Shown: positions 23,087 to 33,361, numbered from the stretch's first letter. The stretch is 64,000 bases of DNA from Patescibacteria group bacterium (GCA_050949505.1 JBMNFV010000001.1:637644-701643); one strand, 5' to 3'. Translations and numbers: made by a program. Notes: generated by a model from the sequence alone, not told the origin.

Positions 23087-23905
23087 TTAATTAATCTTTG
23101 TTTTAGTTGTTTTAAAACGCCACTTCCAAGAATACTTTAGCCAGGATTTAATGTGCTCTCTAGCTAAACTATCCCTGAAGACGGCTTGATACCAGGGATA
23201 TTTAGCGCTCTCTCGGGCGTGGTCATGAATCAAGACCGCAGCGGGCTGATAAACTACCTTAAGGCCCTGCTGCCAAAACTGACGGCTAAGGTCTATATCT
23301 TCAAAATACATAAAAAAGCGCTCATCAAATTGGGGCGACCAAATTTCCCCAGTCTCTAACTTAATTTCTTTCTTAAACATTAGGGCTGAACCCATTAACC
23401 AGTCCACTGGCCTAGCACTTTGATGATCAAAGTCTTGCATCAGGAAAGATTTTTGCAGGCGGGGAAAATATTTTCCCAGGGGCGTTCTTCTTAAGAGAGG
23501 GATAAAAAACTTAGGAAACCGAGCACAGGAATACTGGAGAGACTGGTCTGGGTTAAGCAGTCTTGGGCCAACTAGACCCACCTGAGGATTAGCTCGTAAA
23601 TAGTTAAGGAGGACCTTGATTGCTCCGGGGTTAAGGAAAGTGTCTGGGTTTAAAATGAAGACATACTCTCCTTGAGCTTGCTGCAAGCCTAAATTATTCC
23701 CCCCACCCATGCCTAGGTTTTTCTCGCTCTCAATTAGCCGCCAAGACTCCTCGGTAATTAAGGGACCTAAATCTTCGCCAGAACTATTTTCTACCACTAA
23801 CACTTCACCAGTAATTCCTGACCAGTCCGCCTGTTTAATAGACTCTAGGCAGGTTTTAAGTTTGGCCTGACTTTTGTAATTAACAATGATAATTGATAAA
23901 TCCAT
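23087..23905 (-). CDS. Family 2 glycosyltransferase
   Basis: GT-A signature LSIIIVNYKS...VVENSSGED...LNPDT (DxD-like). Confidence 0.75.
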   Translation of the reverse strand: MDLSIIIVNYKSQAKLKTCLESIKQADWSGITGEVLVVENSSGEDLGPLITEESWRLIESEKNLGMGGGNNLGLQQAQGEYVFILNPDTFLNPGAIKVLLNYLRANPQVGLVGPRLLNPDQSLQYSCARFPKFFIPLLRRTPLGKYFPRLQKSFLMQDFDHQSARPVDWLMGSALMFKKEIKLETGEIWSPQFDERFFMYFEDIDLSRQFWQQGLKVVYQPAAVLIHDHARESAKYPWYQAVFRDSLAREHIKSWLKYSWKWRFKTTKTKIN

Positions 23906-23906
23906 A

Positions 23907-25022
23907 TTAAACTAATTGCTTAACTATCCGCCAATAGGTATTTAGGAGCGGATTAACCAGCCAAGTGAGCACTGGATTATTGATCTCTTGGTAGTCTAGA
24001 CGCCCCGTAAAATCTTTAGCCAGCTCCGCCAGGGGGCGCTGTGATATTTTTTTTAAATAAGCTCGCTCCCTGTTAATTTGCTGGTAAGTACTAGCTTTAA
24101 AAAAATAGCGATACATTTTCACCCTCTCCTTAGCCCAACCACCTAGCAGTGAATAGCCTAATAAACCCAGTTCCATCACTAGCGCTGGTAGCGCTATTAA
24201 GGCCAAGAGGATGGGGGGATAGAAAGTGGCCAAGAATAAATAGCGATTACGTTCCATATAATAAATCATCTTGGTACTTCGGGCAAATTCATACTTATGA
24301 AACAAGCGCGAGCGTGGGGCTAACACTATTTCATAACCCATTAACTTAGCCTTTAAACTGAGCTCTAAGTCATCATGATACATGAAGTATTCTTCATTGT
24401 AATATTGCCCCTGATTCAGTTGAGATAATTTTTCTAAAACCTCTCGCCTGACAATAACTGAACAACCACTGGCATAGCCAGTAATTAAGGGGTAGCCTAC
24501 TACTTCTTTTACCGCTGATAACTGCTCTCCGTGATGGGAGGTATAGCCAAAGCCTAAGAAGTGAACCAAATTACCTAAGCTATTTATTTTTAAAGCAGCG
24601 ACATCAACTGCCGAGTCTAAGTCCACTCCTGGCTGGTTAAGCAAGATTAGGGACTGAGCTAGGCCGGCCTGAGGATTAAGGTCCAGCGCTTTAACTAGTT
24701 CCTGCAGCCACTCTCTGCTTAACCTGGTATCCATATTTAAGTTCACCACATAATCGCAACCCTGCGCTAGGGCCGTCTTTATTCCTAAATTATTAGCGGC
24801 CGCATAATTCCCATCCGAACGAGGGAGAATAGTCGCTTCTGGATAATTATTTTGTAAATATTCTTGAGTAGCGGGACTGGAGGCATTGTCAATAATAATC
24901 ACTGAGCTTAGCTCCGCTGGATAGGTTTGCTGACGCAAAGAATCCCGACAATTAGCTAAAAACCGCTGAGCGTAGTCCTGATAATTAATGAGGATTATTC
25001 CTACCCGTTTATTCATACCCAT
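23907..25022 (-). CDS. Family 2 glycosyltransferase with a C-terminal membrane segment
   Basis: VGIILINYQD...IIIDNASS...NLNMDT, plus C-terminal hydrophobic helices (FLATFYPPILLALIALPALVMELGLLGYSLL). Confidence 0.75.
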   Translation of the reverse strand: MGMNKRVGIILINYQDYAQRFLANCRDSLRQQTYPAELSSVIIIDNASSPATQEYLQNNYPEATILPRSDGNYAAANNLGIKTALAQGCDYVVNLNMDTRLSREWLQELVKALDLNPQAGLAQSLILLNQPGVDLDSAVDVAALKINSLGNLVHFLGFGYTSHHGEQLSAVKEVVGYPLITGYASGCSVIVRREVLEKLSQLNQGQYYNEEYFMYHDDLELSLKAKLMGYEIVLAPRSRLFHKYEFARSTKMIYYMERNRYLFLATFYPPILLALIALPALVMELGLLGYSLLGGWAKERVKMYRYFFKASTYQQINRERAYLKKISQRPLAELAKDFTGRLDYQEINNPVLTWLVNPLLNTYWRIVKQLV

Positions 25023-25868
25023 CTATTTATTCTTTGGTAAAAATAATAATACTAAGCGCCAACTAACCTTGAGCAAACAAGTTTCCCAGGGTGATCGCCA
25101 CTTCGCAAAATAACTAATCATTGACTGACTAAAGTAGCGCTGGGTTGTGGGGCGCTTAACTTGCTTAAAACTTTGTCCCACATAGTCTACCGCGACGGCT
25201 ACTGGTGTATACCAAACTTCTCCCCCCTGGCGATAAACTGCTTGGCAGAAATCAACCTCCTCAAACCAAATGAAGTAACGTTCGTCTAAATAGGGTTTAG
25301 CCTGACCGCTAATCTTCTGATAAGCGGCTTGATTGATTAAAAAGAAGGCTCCTCTCACTGAGTCTACGGCAGCCGCTTGACTATAGTCAAAGTCTTGAGC
25401 GAGATAGCGACGATTAATGCTAGGAAATAAGTGGGGCAGCTTAAAAATAATTGCCAACTGATCAAGCACTGTCGGAAACCGTCTCACGTGTCTAATTAAC
25501 TCCCCTGACTCAGTAAGCAGCTTGCCTGAACTAACTGTCGCCTGAGGATTAGCCTGTGCCCAAGTTAATAAATTATTCAAAGTACTTGGCTCCAGTTTCA
25601 TATCTGGATTAAGCAATAGAATGAATCTACCCTGAGCTATCTTAATTCCCTGATTATTAGCCGCCGCAAAGCCCCGATTAGTCTGATTACTAATTAGCTT
25701 AATTTGCGGAAACTCTTGCCTCAGCATCGCCGGGCTACCATCTTGAGAATGATTATCAATCACGATTATCTCTAGATTAAAATCGCCCGATGAGTTTAAC
25801 AGGGCGTTTAAATTTGCTCTTAATTTATCCTTGACGTTCCAGGAGACAATGATCACTGATAAGTCCAT
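25023..25868 (-). CDS. Family 2 glycosyltransferase
   Basis: LSVIIVSWNV...VIDNHSQDGS...LLNPDM. Confidence 0.75.
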   Translation of the reverse strand: MDLSVIIVSWNVKDKLRANLNALLNSSGDFNLEIIVIDNHSQDGSPAMLRQEFPQIKLISNQTNRGFAAANNQGIKIAQGRFILLLNPDMKLEPSTLNNLLTWAQANPQATVSSGKLLTESGELIRHVRRFPTVLDQLAIIFKLPHLFPSINRRYLAQDFDYSQAAAVDSVRGAFFLINQAAYQKISGQAKPYLDERYFIWFEEVDFCQAVYRQGGEVWYTPVAVAVDYVGQSFKQVKRPTTQRYFSQSMISYFAKWRSPWETCLLKVSWRLVLLFLPKNK

Positions 25869-25898
25869 ACTAATATTAACGGTTAATTAAACTGAAAT

Positions 25899-26171
25899 CT
25901 AACGAGTAATTTTAATTTTTTTATTAGCACTAGTTAGCCCACTAATAATTTGTACCTGATATTTCCTAATCCCTAATTCACTAGCTAAAAAATTAATTAA
26001 TTCTCGGTTAGCCAGACCCTTGTCTGGCTTAGCTGCTAGGGATATTTTAATAACCCCATTGGCCATTTTTCCGTTAAGAGCTGTTTGTTTGGCCCCTGGG
26101 CTAACCTTAACTTTAAACCAGACTTCTCGGTTGTAGGACAACTTATCCTTGTATTTTTCTAGCATAAACAA
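25899..26171 (-). CDS. DUF167 (YggU) family protein
   Basis: VKVSPGAKQTAL...IKISLAAKPDKGLANRELINFLA matches the DUF167 pattern. Confidence 0.7.
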   Translation of the reverse strand: MFMLEKYKDKLSYNREVWFKVKVSPGAKQTALNGKMANGVIKISLAAKPDKGLANRELINFLASELGIRKYQVQIISGLTSANKKIKITR

Positions 26172-26275
26172 AATTACTTAATTTTCAGAGAGCTAAGCTA
26201 ACTATAGTTTAGCATTTTTCCTAGCTTTTTTAAAGTCTTGACGAGAAATCACTATTTTTGTCAATCTTTATCTTC

Positions 26276-26304
26276 TTGTCAAAATATACTAAACTATATA
26301 TACT
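26276..26304 (+). promoter_or_regulatory. Candidate sigma70-like promoter for the dTTP-synthesis operon
   Basis: TTGTCA-N17-TATACT ends 20 nt upstream of the ATG at 26324. Confidence 0.4.
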
Positions 26305-26323
26305 AATAAGTTAAAAATATTTT

Positions 26324-26812
26324 ATGTCTAACCACTACCAACGCCCCACTTGGGACGAGTATTTTATTAACATCATGGAACTGATTGGCAGTCGGGGAAC
26401 CTGTGACCGAGGTCGGGTCGGTTGTGTGATTGCTAGAGATAATCGGATTATTGCCACCGGTTACGCCGGCTCTCCCACTGGTCTCCCTCACTGTGATGAA
26501 ATTGGCCATGAAATGCATACCGTCACTCACCCAGACAACTCTCAGACTCGTCATTGTATCCGCACTGTTCACGCTGAACAAAACGCCATTTGTGAGGCTG
26601 CTCGCCAAGGAATCTCCTTAAACAACTCCACTCTTTATGTTAAAATGGCTCCCTGTTATACTTGCGCTAAAATGATTATCAATGCTGGGGTTAAGCGCGT
26701 GGTTTGTTCTCAAGACTATCATGCTAGCAAGCGGAGCAAGGAAATTTTTAAAGAAGCTGGCCTAGACTTTAACTTATTAAACGAAGCCTCTTTGGCTTAT
26801 CAAGATCAATAA
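26324..26812 (+). CDS. Deoxycytidylate (dCMP) deaminase
   Basis: Zinc motifs HAEQNAI and [18 protein letters not shown]; N-terminal RPTWDEYF is typical of dCMP deaminases. Confidence 0.85.
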   Translation: MSNHYQRPTWDEYFINIMELIGSRGTCDRGRVGCVIARDNRIIATGYAGSPTGLPHCDEIGHEMHTVTHPDNSQTRHCIRTVHAEQNAICEAARQGISLNNSTLYVKMAPCYTCAKMIINAGVKRVVCSQDYHASKRSKEIFKEAGLDFNLLNEASLAYQDQ

Positions 26813-26816
26813 TTAT

Positions 26817-27632
26817 ATGAAGCCCTATCTAGACTTATTAGCCGACGTTTTAAATAATGGTCAAGGCAAAGACGACCGAACTGGCACCGGGACTATTAGC
26901 GTCTTTGGTCGTCAGGTTCGCTATGACCTCAATCAGGGTTTTCCTCTGCTGACCACTAAAAAAGTTTTCCTAAAAGGAATTATTCACGAATTATTATGGT
27001 TTCTCAAAGGTGACACTAATATTAAGTATTTAAACGATCACGGTGTTCATATTTGGGACGAGTGGGCCGATGAACATGGCGACCTGGGCCCTATTTACGG
27101 CAAACAATGGACTGCTTGGGAAGGAAAAGATGGCCAAGTGATCAATCAAATAGCTGAGGTGGTTAAGACCTTAAAGGAAAACCCCACCTCCCGTCGCATC
27201 ATTGTTAGTGGTTGGAATGTGGCCGACTTAAGTAATTTAATTGCTGGACAAAAAACGGCCCCACCTCCTTGTCATACTATTTTCCAATTTTATGTTGACC
27301 AGCAAAATCGGCTATCTTGTCAGCTCTACCAACGCAGTGCTGATATTTTCTTAGGCGTTCCTTTTAATATTGCTTCCTATGCCCTGCTAACCATGATGCT
27401 GGCGCAAGTATGTGATCTGCGTTTAGGCGAGTTTATCCATACCTGTGGCGACCTTCATATCTACAACAATCACCTAGAGCAAGTCGCCCTGCAATTAAAG
27501 CGTCAACCGAAGAAATTACCTACCATGAAGCTAAATCCGGCGGTTAAAGATATTTTTGCCTTCCGCTATGAAGACTTTCAGTTAGAGGACTATCATCCCG
27601 AACCGGCCATTAAGGCGCCAATTGCTATTTAA
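26817..27632 (+). CDS. thyA: Thymidylate synthase ThyA
   Basis: [12 protein letters not shown], the PPCH active-site Cys region ([12 protein letters not shown]), and [21 protein letters not shown]. Confidence 0.95.
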   Translation: MKPYLDLLADVLNNGQGKDDRTGTGTISVFGRQVRYDLNQGFPLLTTKKVFLKGIIHELLWFLKGDTNIKYLNDHGVHIWDEWADEHGDLGPIYGKQWTAWEGKDGQVINQIAEVVKTLKENPTSRRIIVSGWNVADLSNLIAGQKTAPPPCHTIFQFYVDQQNRLSCQLYQRSADIFLGVPFNIASYALLTMMLAQVCDLRLGEFIHTCGDLHIYNNHLEQVALQLKRQPKKLPTMKLNPAVKDIFAFRYEDFQLEDYHPEPAIKAPIAI

Positions 27633-27642
27633 TCTTAAACTT

Positions 27643-28149
27643 ATGACTCCTAAAGTAATTATGATGATGGCGATAAGTGTTGATGGCCATATCGCCAAGC
27701 ACCACTCTGAATTTACCAACTGGACTAGTCGCGAAGACAAGCAACTATTTGCTAAGCTTTCTAAGGAATGCGGGGTAGTGATGATGGGAGAAAATACCTT
27801 TAAAACCTTCCCCGCTCCTCTGCCAAATCGCCTCAACTTTGTTTTCTCAGAAAATCCCCCCCACTCCTCTGATCCCTTAGTTCAATACTTCTCTGGTCCG
27901 CCTGAAGAAGCCTTAGCAATCCTAAGTCAGCAAGGCTTTACCCAAGTTTTGTTAGGCGGAGGCACCTTTCTTAACTCTTTGTTTTTAGAGCATAACCTCA
28001 TTGACGAATTGATAATCACTATTGAACCAAAACTATTTGGCCAAGGTCTAGATTTGTTTAAACTAGAGCAGGAAAAAGAGCTAAAGCTTTTAGCTTGTCA
28101 GAAGTTAAATGAAAATACTATTAAACTTCATTATCAAGTAATTAAATAA
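27643..28149 (+). CDS. RibD_C-type dihydrofolate reductase family protein
   Basis: MMMAISVDGHIA...WTSREDKQLF...GVVMMGENTF fits the RibD C-terminal/DHFR-like family. I prefer the ATG at 27643 over the track start at 27622, which overlaps thyA. Confidence 0.6.
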   Translation: MTPKVIMMMAISVDGHIAKHHSEFTNWTSREDKQLFAKLSKECGVVMMGENTFKTFPAPLPNRLNFVFSENPPHSSDPLVQYFSGPPEEALAILSQQGFTQVLLGGGTFLNSLFLEHNLIDELIITIEPKLFGQGLDLFKLEQEKELKLLACQKLNENTIKLHYQVIK

Positions 28150-28153
28150 CTAT

Positions 28154-28717
28154 ATGTCTCAACTAATTATTGGTCTCACCGGAGAAATTGCTAGTGGTAA
28201 AGAGGTTGTTAAAAAATACCTGATTGAGCACTACGCTGCTAGTAGTCATCATTTCTCGGCCAGCTTACGTGATGTTTTAAAAAGATTAACTCTACCCACC
28301 ACCCGAGAAAACCTGCAAAGCCTTTCCACTTCTCTGCGACAAAGCTTCGGTGAAGACCTCTTAGCTAAAGTAATTGCAGAAGAAGTTAAGTTAAACCAGT
28401 CACCCCTAATCGTGGTTGATGGCATAAGACGGGAAGCTGACCTAGTCTATCTTAAACAGCTCCCCAATTTTGTCTTGGTCGGAGTAGAAACTGACTTAAA
28501 TATCCGCTACGAGCGCTTAAAACAAAGACAGGAAAACGCTGATGACTTTGGCAAGTCCTATGAAGATTTTTTAGCAGATAGTCAACAAGAAACCGAAAGA
28601 GAGATTGCTCAGCTAATCTCTACCGCTCCTAACCGTTTAAACAACAATGGCTCTCTAGCTGACCTTTATAGCCAGATTGATGAATTAATGAATAAGTTAA
28701 AATCAAGCTATGTCTAA
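28154..28717 (+). CDS. P-loop nucleotide kinase (CoaE/dNMP-kinase-like)
   Basis: Walker A GLTGEIASGKE, VVDGIRREAD, and a lid-like RYERLKQR. Substrate is not assignable from sequence alone. Confidence 0.5.
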   Translation: MSQLIIGLTGEIASGKEVVKKYLIEHYAASSHHFSASLRDVLKRLTLPTTRENLQSLSTSLRQSFGEDLLAKVIAEEVKLNQSPLIVVDGIRREADLVYLKQLPNFVLVGVETDLNIRYERLKQRQENADDFGKSYEDFLADSQQETEREIAQLISTAPNRLNNNGSLADLYSQIDELMNKLKSSYV

Positions 28718-29972
28718 TTATTCTGGAAAATTAATAGTCATTGATGGAACCGATGGTAGTGGTAAAACTACCCAACTAAAGCTTCTAGAAACTAAGCTAA
28801 TTGAAGCTGGTTATGAGGTAAAAATTGCTGACTTTCCTCAATATAATCAAAAGTCGGCTGGCTTGGTAGAGGAATACCTATCAGGCAAATACGGTACCGC
28901 CGAGGAAGTCACTCCCTATCAGGCCTCTATTTTCTACGCCGTTGATCGCTTTGATGCTAGTAGTCAGATTAGAGACTGGCTAAACTCAGGAAAGATAGTT
29001 CTGGCTAATCGCTACACCAGCGCCAATATGGGTCATCAAGGAGGAAAGATAGCTAACCGTCTAGCCCGGCGCGCCTATTTCAATTGGTTAACTGAACTAG
29101 AGTATCAACTATTTAACATCCCTCAACCTGACCTAACTATCATTCTTCACCTAGAGGCGGAGCTAGCCCAACAATTGGCCAAGGACCGTGCCCGACAAGA
29201 TTGGTCTGGCAGTAATCAAGATATTCATGAGAACAATTTAGACCACTTAAAAAAAGCGGAGCAAGTCTATCTAGAAATTGCCGAGACCTATCCCGAATTT
29301 AAACTAATTAGCTGCTCCCGAGAAGGAAAAATCTTAAAACGAGAAGAAATTGCTTGGCTCGTTTGGTTGGTAGTTAAAAAAGCTCTTGCTACCACCACTG
29401 ACCCCGTCAAGGTCAAGGACACAAAATCATTTCAAGCCATTGGTGACCTCTTGGGTAGTAATGCTCATTTAAACAAGCATCGTGATCAATACTTTAGCCC
29501 AGCCAAGGAGACTCCTACTAGTCATAATCTAAACTCCTCCACTCCTGAATTAAAATTAAGGGTAGAGAAACTAGACCCTCGCGCTAAGTTGCCTAGCCGA
29601 GCCCACTCTGAAGATGCCGGCTTTGATCTCTACTCCCTAGACTACTACTCCCTCCCTCCCTATAGTCAAGCCACTATTGCCACTGGTCTAAAAATTGCCC
29701 TTCCCCCTGGACAGGTGGGCTTAATTTGGGACAAAAGTGGTCTCGCTCAACAAGGAATAAAGACTATGGGGGGTGTGATTGACGCTAACTATCGCGGTGA
29801 GTTAAAAGTAATTATCAAGAACCTTAGTGAAGATGTTGTTAACTTCTCCCCTGGACAAAAAATCGCCCAACTAATTATTCAACCATTAACCACCCTTAAG
29901 CTTCAAGAAGAAAATATTAATGACTCAACTTCCCGAGCCGAAGCCGGCTTTGGTAGTACTGGTAATTTTTAA
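28710..29972 (+). CDS. tmk/dut: Bifunctional thymidylate kinase / dUTP diphosphatase fusion (Tmk-Dut)
   Basis: The N-terminal approx 225 aa resemble Tmk (IVIDGTDGSGKTTQ, ANRYTSAN). The C-terminal approx 135 aa carry dUTPase motifs (AGFDLYS, DKSGLA, GVIDANYRGE, GQKIAQLI, RAEAGFGSTG). The two are joined in one ORF by an approx 60-aa linker. Confidence 0.85.
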   Translation: MSNYSGKLIVIDGTDGSGKTTQLKLLETKLIEAGYEVKIADFPQYNQKSAGLVEEYLSGKYGTAEEVTPYQASIFYAVDRFDASSQIRDWLNSGKIVLANRYTSANMGHQGGKIANRLARRAYFNWLTELEYQLFNIPQPDLTIILHLEAELAQQLAKDRARQDWSGSNQDIHENNLDHLKKAEQVYLEIAETYPEFKLISCSREGKILKREEIAWLVWLVVKKALATTTDPVKVKDTKSFQAIGDLLGSNAHLNKHRDQYFSPAKETPTSHNLNSSTPELKLRVEKLDPRAKLPSRAHSEDAGFDLYSLDYYSLPPYSQATIATGLKIALPPGQVGLIWDKSGLAQQGIKTMGGVIDANYRGELKVIIKNLSEDVVNFSPGQKIAQLIIQPLTTLKLQEENINDSTSRAEAGFGSTGNF

Positions 29973-29976
29973 ACTT

Positions 29977-31491
29977 ATGAACTACGACATTATTATCGGC
30001 TTGGAAATCCATACCGAACTTAAAACTAATAGCAAAATGTTCTGCTCTTGTCGCAATGAATCCTTTCTCTCTCCCCCCAATACCAATGTCTGTCCCATTT
30101 GTCTTGGTCACCCCGGCACCCTGCCTGTTCCTAATAGAGAGGCCCTTAACTTCGCCCTCTTCACTAGTCTAGCCTTACAAGCTAAAATTAATCGTCAAAC
30201 TAAATTTGATCGAAAAAACTATTTCTATCCTGACCTTCCTAAAGGCTATCAAATCTCTCAATACGACGAACCCATTAGCACGGGCGGGTTTCTCTTGGTA
30301 AATAACCGAGCTATCCCGATCACTCGCCTCCATTTAGAAGAAGACACGGGCAAGTCTTCTCATCTAGCTGATAGTGAAGAAACTTTAATAGACTTTAACC
30401 GAGCTGGGGCTCCGCTAATTGAATTAGTAACCGAACCACTAATCACTTCGGCTGCAGAAGCTAAGGAATTTTGTCTCGCTTTTCAACGTCTGCTCCGCTA
30501 TTTAAAGGTAAGTGATGCTAATATGGAAAAGGGAGAAATGCGTTGTGAGGCTAACATTAGCTTACAGACACCAAAGACTTGGGAATACCGAGAAGGAAAA
30601 ATCGCATCCTTAACCAAGGAGCCTTTAAACAACAAGGTGGAATTAAAAAACATCAACTCTTTTCGGTCTTTAGAACGAGCTATTAACTACGAAATTCAAC
30701 GTCAAACTGAAGCCCTTAATCATGGCGAGAAAATCCTCGCTGAAACTCGTGGTTGGAATGAAGAACAAAATATCACCATTAGCCAGCGCTTAAAAGAAAG
30801 CGCCGCTGACTACCGCTATTTCCCCGAACCCGACATTCCCCCCCTTAATATTCAAGAAGATCTAATTGAAAAACTAAGTCGCCTGCTGCCTGAACTGCCT
30901 GCTGCTAAAGAAGAGCGCTTTAAGCGGCAATATAAATTAGATTCAGACATGGCAGGAATACTGGTTGCTGATAAAGCTTTGGCTGATTGGACTGAACAGG
31001 TTTTCTCCGAATTAGAGGCCTGGCTAGAGGCTAATGGCGACCAAGTGGCTCGTCAACAAAAGCGCTTAGCCACCACTGGCGGCAATTGGATTATCAACGA
31101 GCTGCTAAAGCGATTACGTGATAATAATGAAACCATTGCTGACCTTAGGCTAGATGCTGAAAACTTTGCAGAATTAGTCTGTTTAGTTTATCAAGGAAAA
31201 ATCAATTCTAGTGCTGGCCAACGCCTCTTAACTGAGATGTATCAGAACGGTGGCGACCCTAGCAATCTTATGGAAGAAATGGGACTTAAGCCTATTGACG
31301 ATCGCCCAGAACTAGAGAAGATAACTTTAGAGGTCATTAGGTCCTTCCCCAAACAAGCCAAAGAACTAGCTAGTGGTAAAGATAGTTTAATAAAGTTCTT
31401 CATTGGCCAAGTGATGGCCAAGACCAGTGGCCGAGCCAATCCAAAGACTATTGAAGAGATTCTCTCCGCTTGGAAAAACGAAAAGAGCTAA
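29977..31491 (+). CDS. gatB: Asp-tRNA(Asn)/Glu-tRNA(Gln) amidotransferase subunit B
   Basis: MNYDIIIGLEIHTELKT is the canonical GatB start; also LHLEEDTGK and a C-terminal GatB_Yqey tail. I prefer the ATG at 29977 over the track start at 29920, which overlaps tmk/dut. Confidence 0.9.
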   Translation: MNYDIIIGLEIHTELKTNSKMFCSCRNESFLSPPNTNVCPICLGHPGTLPVPNREALNFALFTSLALQAKINRQTKFDRKNYFYPDLPKGYQISQYDEPISTGGFLLVNNRAIPITRLHLEEDTGKSSHLADSEETLIDFNRAGAPLIELVTEPLITSAAEAKEFCLAFQRLLRYLKVSDANMEKGEMRCEANISLQTPKTWEYREGKIASLTKEPLNNKVELKNINSFRSLERAINYEIQRQTEALNHGEKILAETRGWNEEQNITISQRLKESAADYRYFPEPDIPPLNIQEDLIEKLSRLLPELPAAKEERFKRQYKLDSDMAGILVADKALADWTEQVFSELEAWLEANGDQVARQQKRLATTGGNWIINELLKRLRDNNETIADLRLDAENFAELVCLVYQGKINSSAGQRLLTEMYQNGGDPSNLMEEMGLKPIDDRPELEKITLEVIRSFPKQAKELASGKDSLIKFFIGQVMAKTSGRANPKTIEEILSAWKNEKS

Positions 31492-31642
31492 TTAGATAAC
31501 TTTAAAAAGGATAAGTATGTCAAACTAAGAAAGCTACTCCTTAAATACCCCTACCCCAACCTCAACGCTATTAACTCAAAGCATGATAATTAGCCTAGGC
31601 TATCTTTTTAAATCATTAAGCCTTAAATCTAGCTTACAAAAA

Positions 31643-31674
31643 AATCGTTCTAATTTATAGAGAACGATTTTTTA
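31643..31674 (+). terminator. Intrinsic terminator downstream of gatB
   Basis: A 9-bp stem, aatcgttct/agaacgatt, with a 9-nt loop, followed by ttttt. Confidence 0.7.
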
Positions 31675-31689
31675 ATAAAAATAAAAGCA

Positions 31690-32376
31690 TAATTCCTAGA
31701 ACAACTTATAAGCGAGCTACTAAACAGAAGTCTTATTGAGGTGAAAGAAGGTTAATAACAAATGATCACTTAAGAGATTATATAATTAAACATCTTAAAT
31801 TAGCTCGATCACCAAAACAAATAGCTGCTAAAGCGATAGAGCTAGTTGGTACTAAAATATCTTATGAAGCTATTTATCAATATACCTATGCTCAAGTTTA
31901 TCAAAATGGTAATGGCCAGATTAAACCAGGCGGTGAAGATCTAAGGCTATGTCTAGCTAGACGGAAGAAAAGAAGAGTCCAAGCTAGTTATCGTATTGAA
32001 AAAGTTCATGATAAAACTATCTCTAAAGCTAATCAAGCGATAATTAAATATCTTACAAGAATTCCCTAAGAGTATCGGAAAGCATTAACTAGAGATAGAG
32101 GGAGCGAGAATCTTGGTTATTTAGAACTAGAAAAAGAATTAGGAATTAACTGCTATTTTGCTCATGCTTACCATTCTTAAAAAAAGAGGATCTAATGAAA
32201 ATCTAAATGGCTTAATTAAACGTTTCCTTCCCAAAGGGACTGACTTTAAAACTGTATCTGATCAGCAGATTAAAAATATCGAATTCTTAATTAACTCTCG
32301 TCCTCGGAAAAAACTTGGCGGGAAAATTTTCTATAAAACATTTGTAAATTATGGCCTTGCGCAATCAATAGAATAG
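31690..32376 (+). pseudogene. Decayed IS30-family transposase gene: frameshifted, interrupted by stops, with an internal deletion
   Basis: Translated fragments match IS30 landmarks. These are SPKQIAAKAIELVGTKISYEAIYQYTY (vs WSPEQIA...ISHETIYRYIY), EYRKALTRDRGSENLGYLELEKELGINCYFAHAYHS, and then, in another frame, KRGSNENLNGLIKRFLPKGTDF...LINSRPRKKLG. The segment with the first catalytic D (GHWEGD region) is missing, and stops occur at several points. Confidence 0.75.
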
Positions 32377-33257
32377 ATATAACTCGAACTAGTAATAGGT
32401 TCCCAACGATTAGTTGAGCTATTAAACTTGCGACAAGATGTAGAATTACCGTAAGCTACAACATGATTACTATAAGTTAAGCCCAACTCTTCACAGAACG
32501 CATATCTAGAAGAGGTATCATTATAGATAGGATAACTATAATTTTTATCAAGGATATCAAGTAATATGGGGCCAATGGGAATTACAGGATGTACATTAGC
32601 ATAACTTATCCCAGATGGAGAAAATACTTGACTGGGAAAAAATAACGAATCTTCAAGATGACCATCCACTATTCTAACATTTGAAAAGCCTAAAACATCT
32701 ACAGGAGTAGGATAGCTATTACCGCCTTTATTACAACTAAACCAAAATAACCTTTCATCACTATTAGTTGATGTCTCATCAATATATACTCCTGAGATAG
32801 GAACCATTCCACTATACCTAACTAAATCCTTATCTGAAAAACTAATGCGTCCATATACAGGCAAGGTACTCCCTGAGTACAAAGGACAATCTAAGGAAGT
32901 TGAAAACACCCCTCTTACACTCAGAAGATCATTAACTATAAGTGGTCCAGTTTCTGACCAACCTTTTACCTCCAAATCCCCATTAACTGTGAGTAACGAT
33001 GTGGGGTTACTCGTACCAATACCAACCTTGCCATTTAAAACCGCTAACCCTACTTGAGCAGAGCTTAAGTCATAACCAGTAGTCACTCCTCCGCCAAACG
33101 CCCCATAAGACATAACCTCTAGCTTATCATCTAGCACACTTCTAGAGTATCGGCTAGCTGAAATAGTATAGACATACATTCCTAGGATTGTAACAAAAAA
33201 AGCACTAAGGAAAATTATTAAAAAATTAGCTTTCTGGCTAGAAAAAACATTTTTCAT
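32349..33257 (-). CDS. Small membrane-anchored member of the G-I-G-T fibre family (302 aa)
   Basis: N-terminal TM helix (FLIIFLSAFFVTILGMYVY), one fibre motif (NGKVGIGTSNPTSLLTVNGDLEV), and a Cys-containing C-terminal domain. Its 3' end overlaps the IS30 remnant by 28 nt. Confidence 0.6.
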   Translation of the reverse strand: MKNVFSSQKANFLIIFLSAFFVTILGMYVYTISASRYSRSVLDDKLEVMSYGAFGGGVTTGYDLSSAQVGLAVLNGKVGIGTSNPTSLLTVNGDLEVKGWSETGPLIVNDLLSVRGVFSTSLDCPLYSGSTLPVYGRISFSDKDLVRYSGMVPISGVYIDETSTNSDERLFWFSCNKGGNSYPTPVDVLGFSNVRIVDGHLEDSLFFPSQVFSPSGISYANVHPVIPIGPILLDILDKNYSYPIYNDTSSRYAFCEELGLTYSNHVVAYGNSTSCRKFNSSTNRWEPITSSSYIYSIDCARP

Positions 33258-33361
33258 ATTTTTAATAATAATTAATAAACATCTAACTATACATTAACAT
33301 TCTCTTTCCCTATCGTCAATTGTATGCACTTGCCCATGATACAGTTGACAATAACTAGAAT

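Noticed and set aside
26303-26621. ORFs overlapping the dCMP deaminase gene: 26303..26608 on the minus strand and 26430..26621 on the plus strand.
   Set aside because: The deaminase frame carries the diagnostic zinc-binding motifs, and the alternative frames have no recognisable features.
29920-29976. The N-terminal 19-aa extension of GatB suggested by the ORF track.
   Set aside because: The extension overlaps the tmk/dut coding end. The internal ATG at 29977 gives the canonical GatB N-terminus, MNYDIIIGLEIHTEL.
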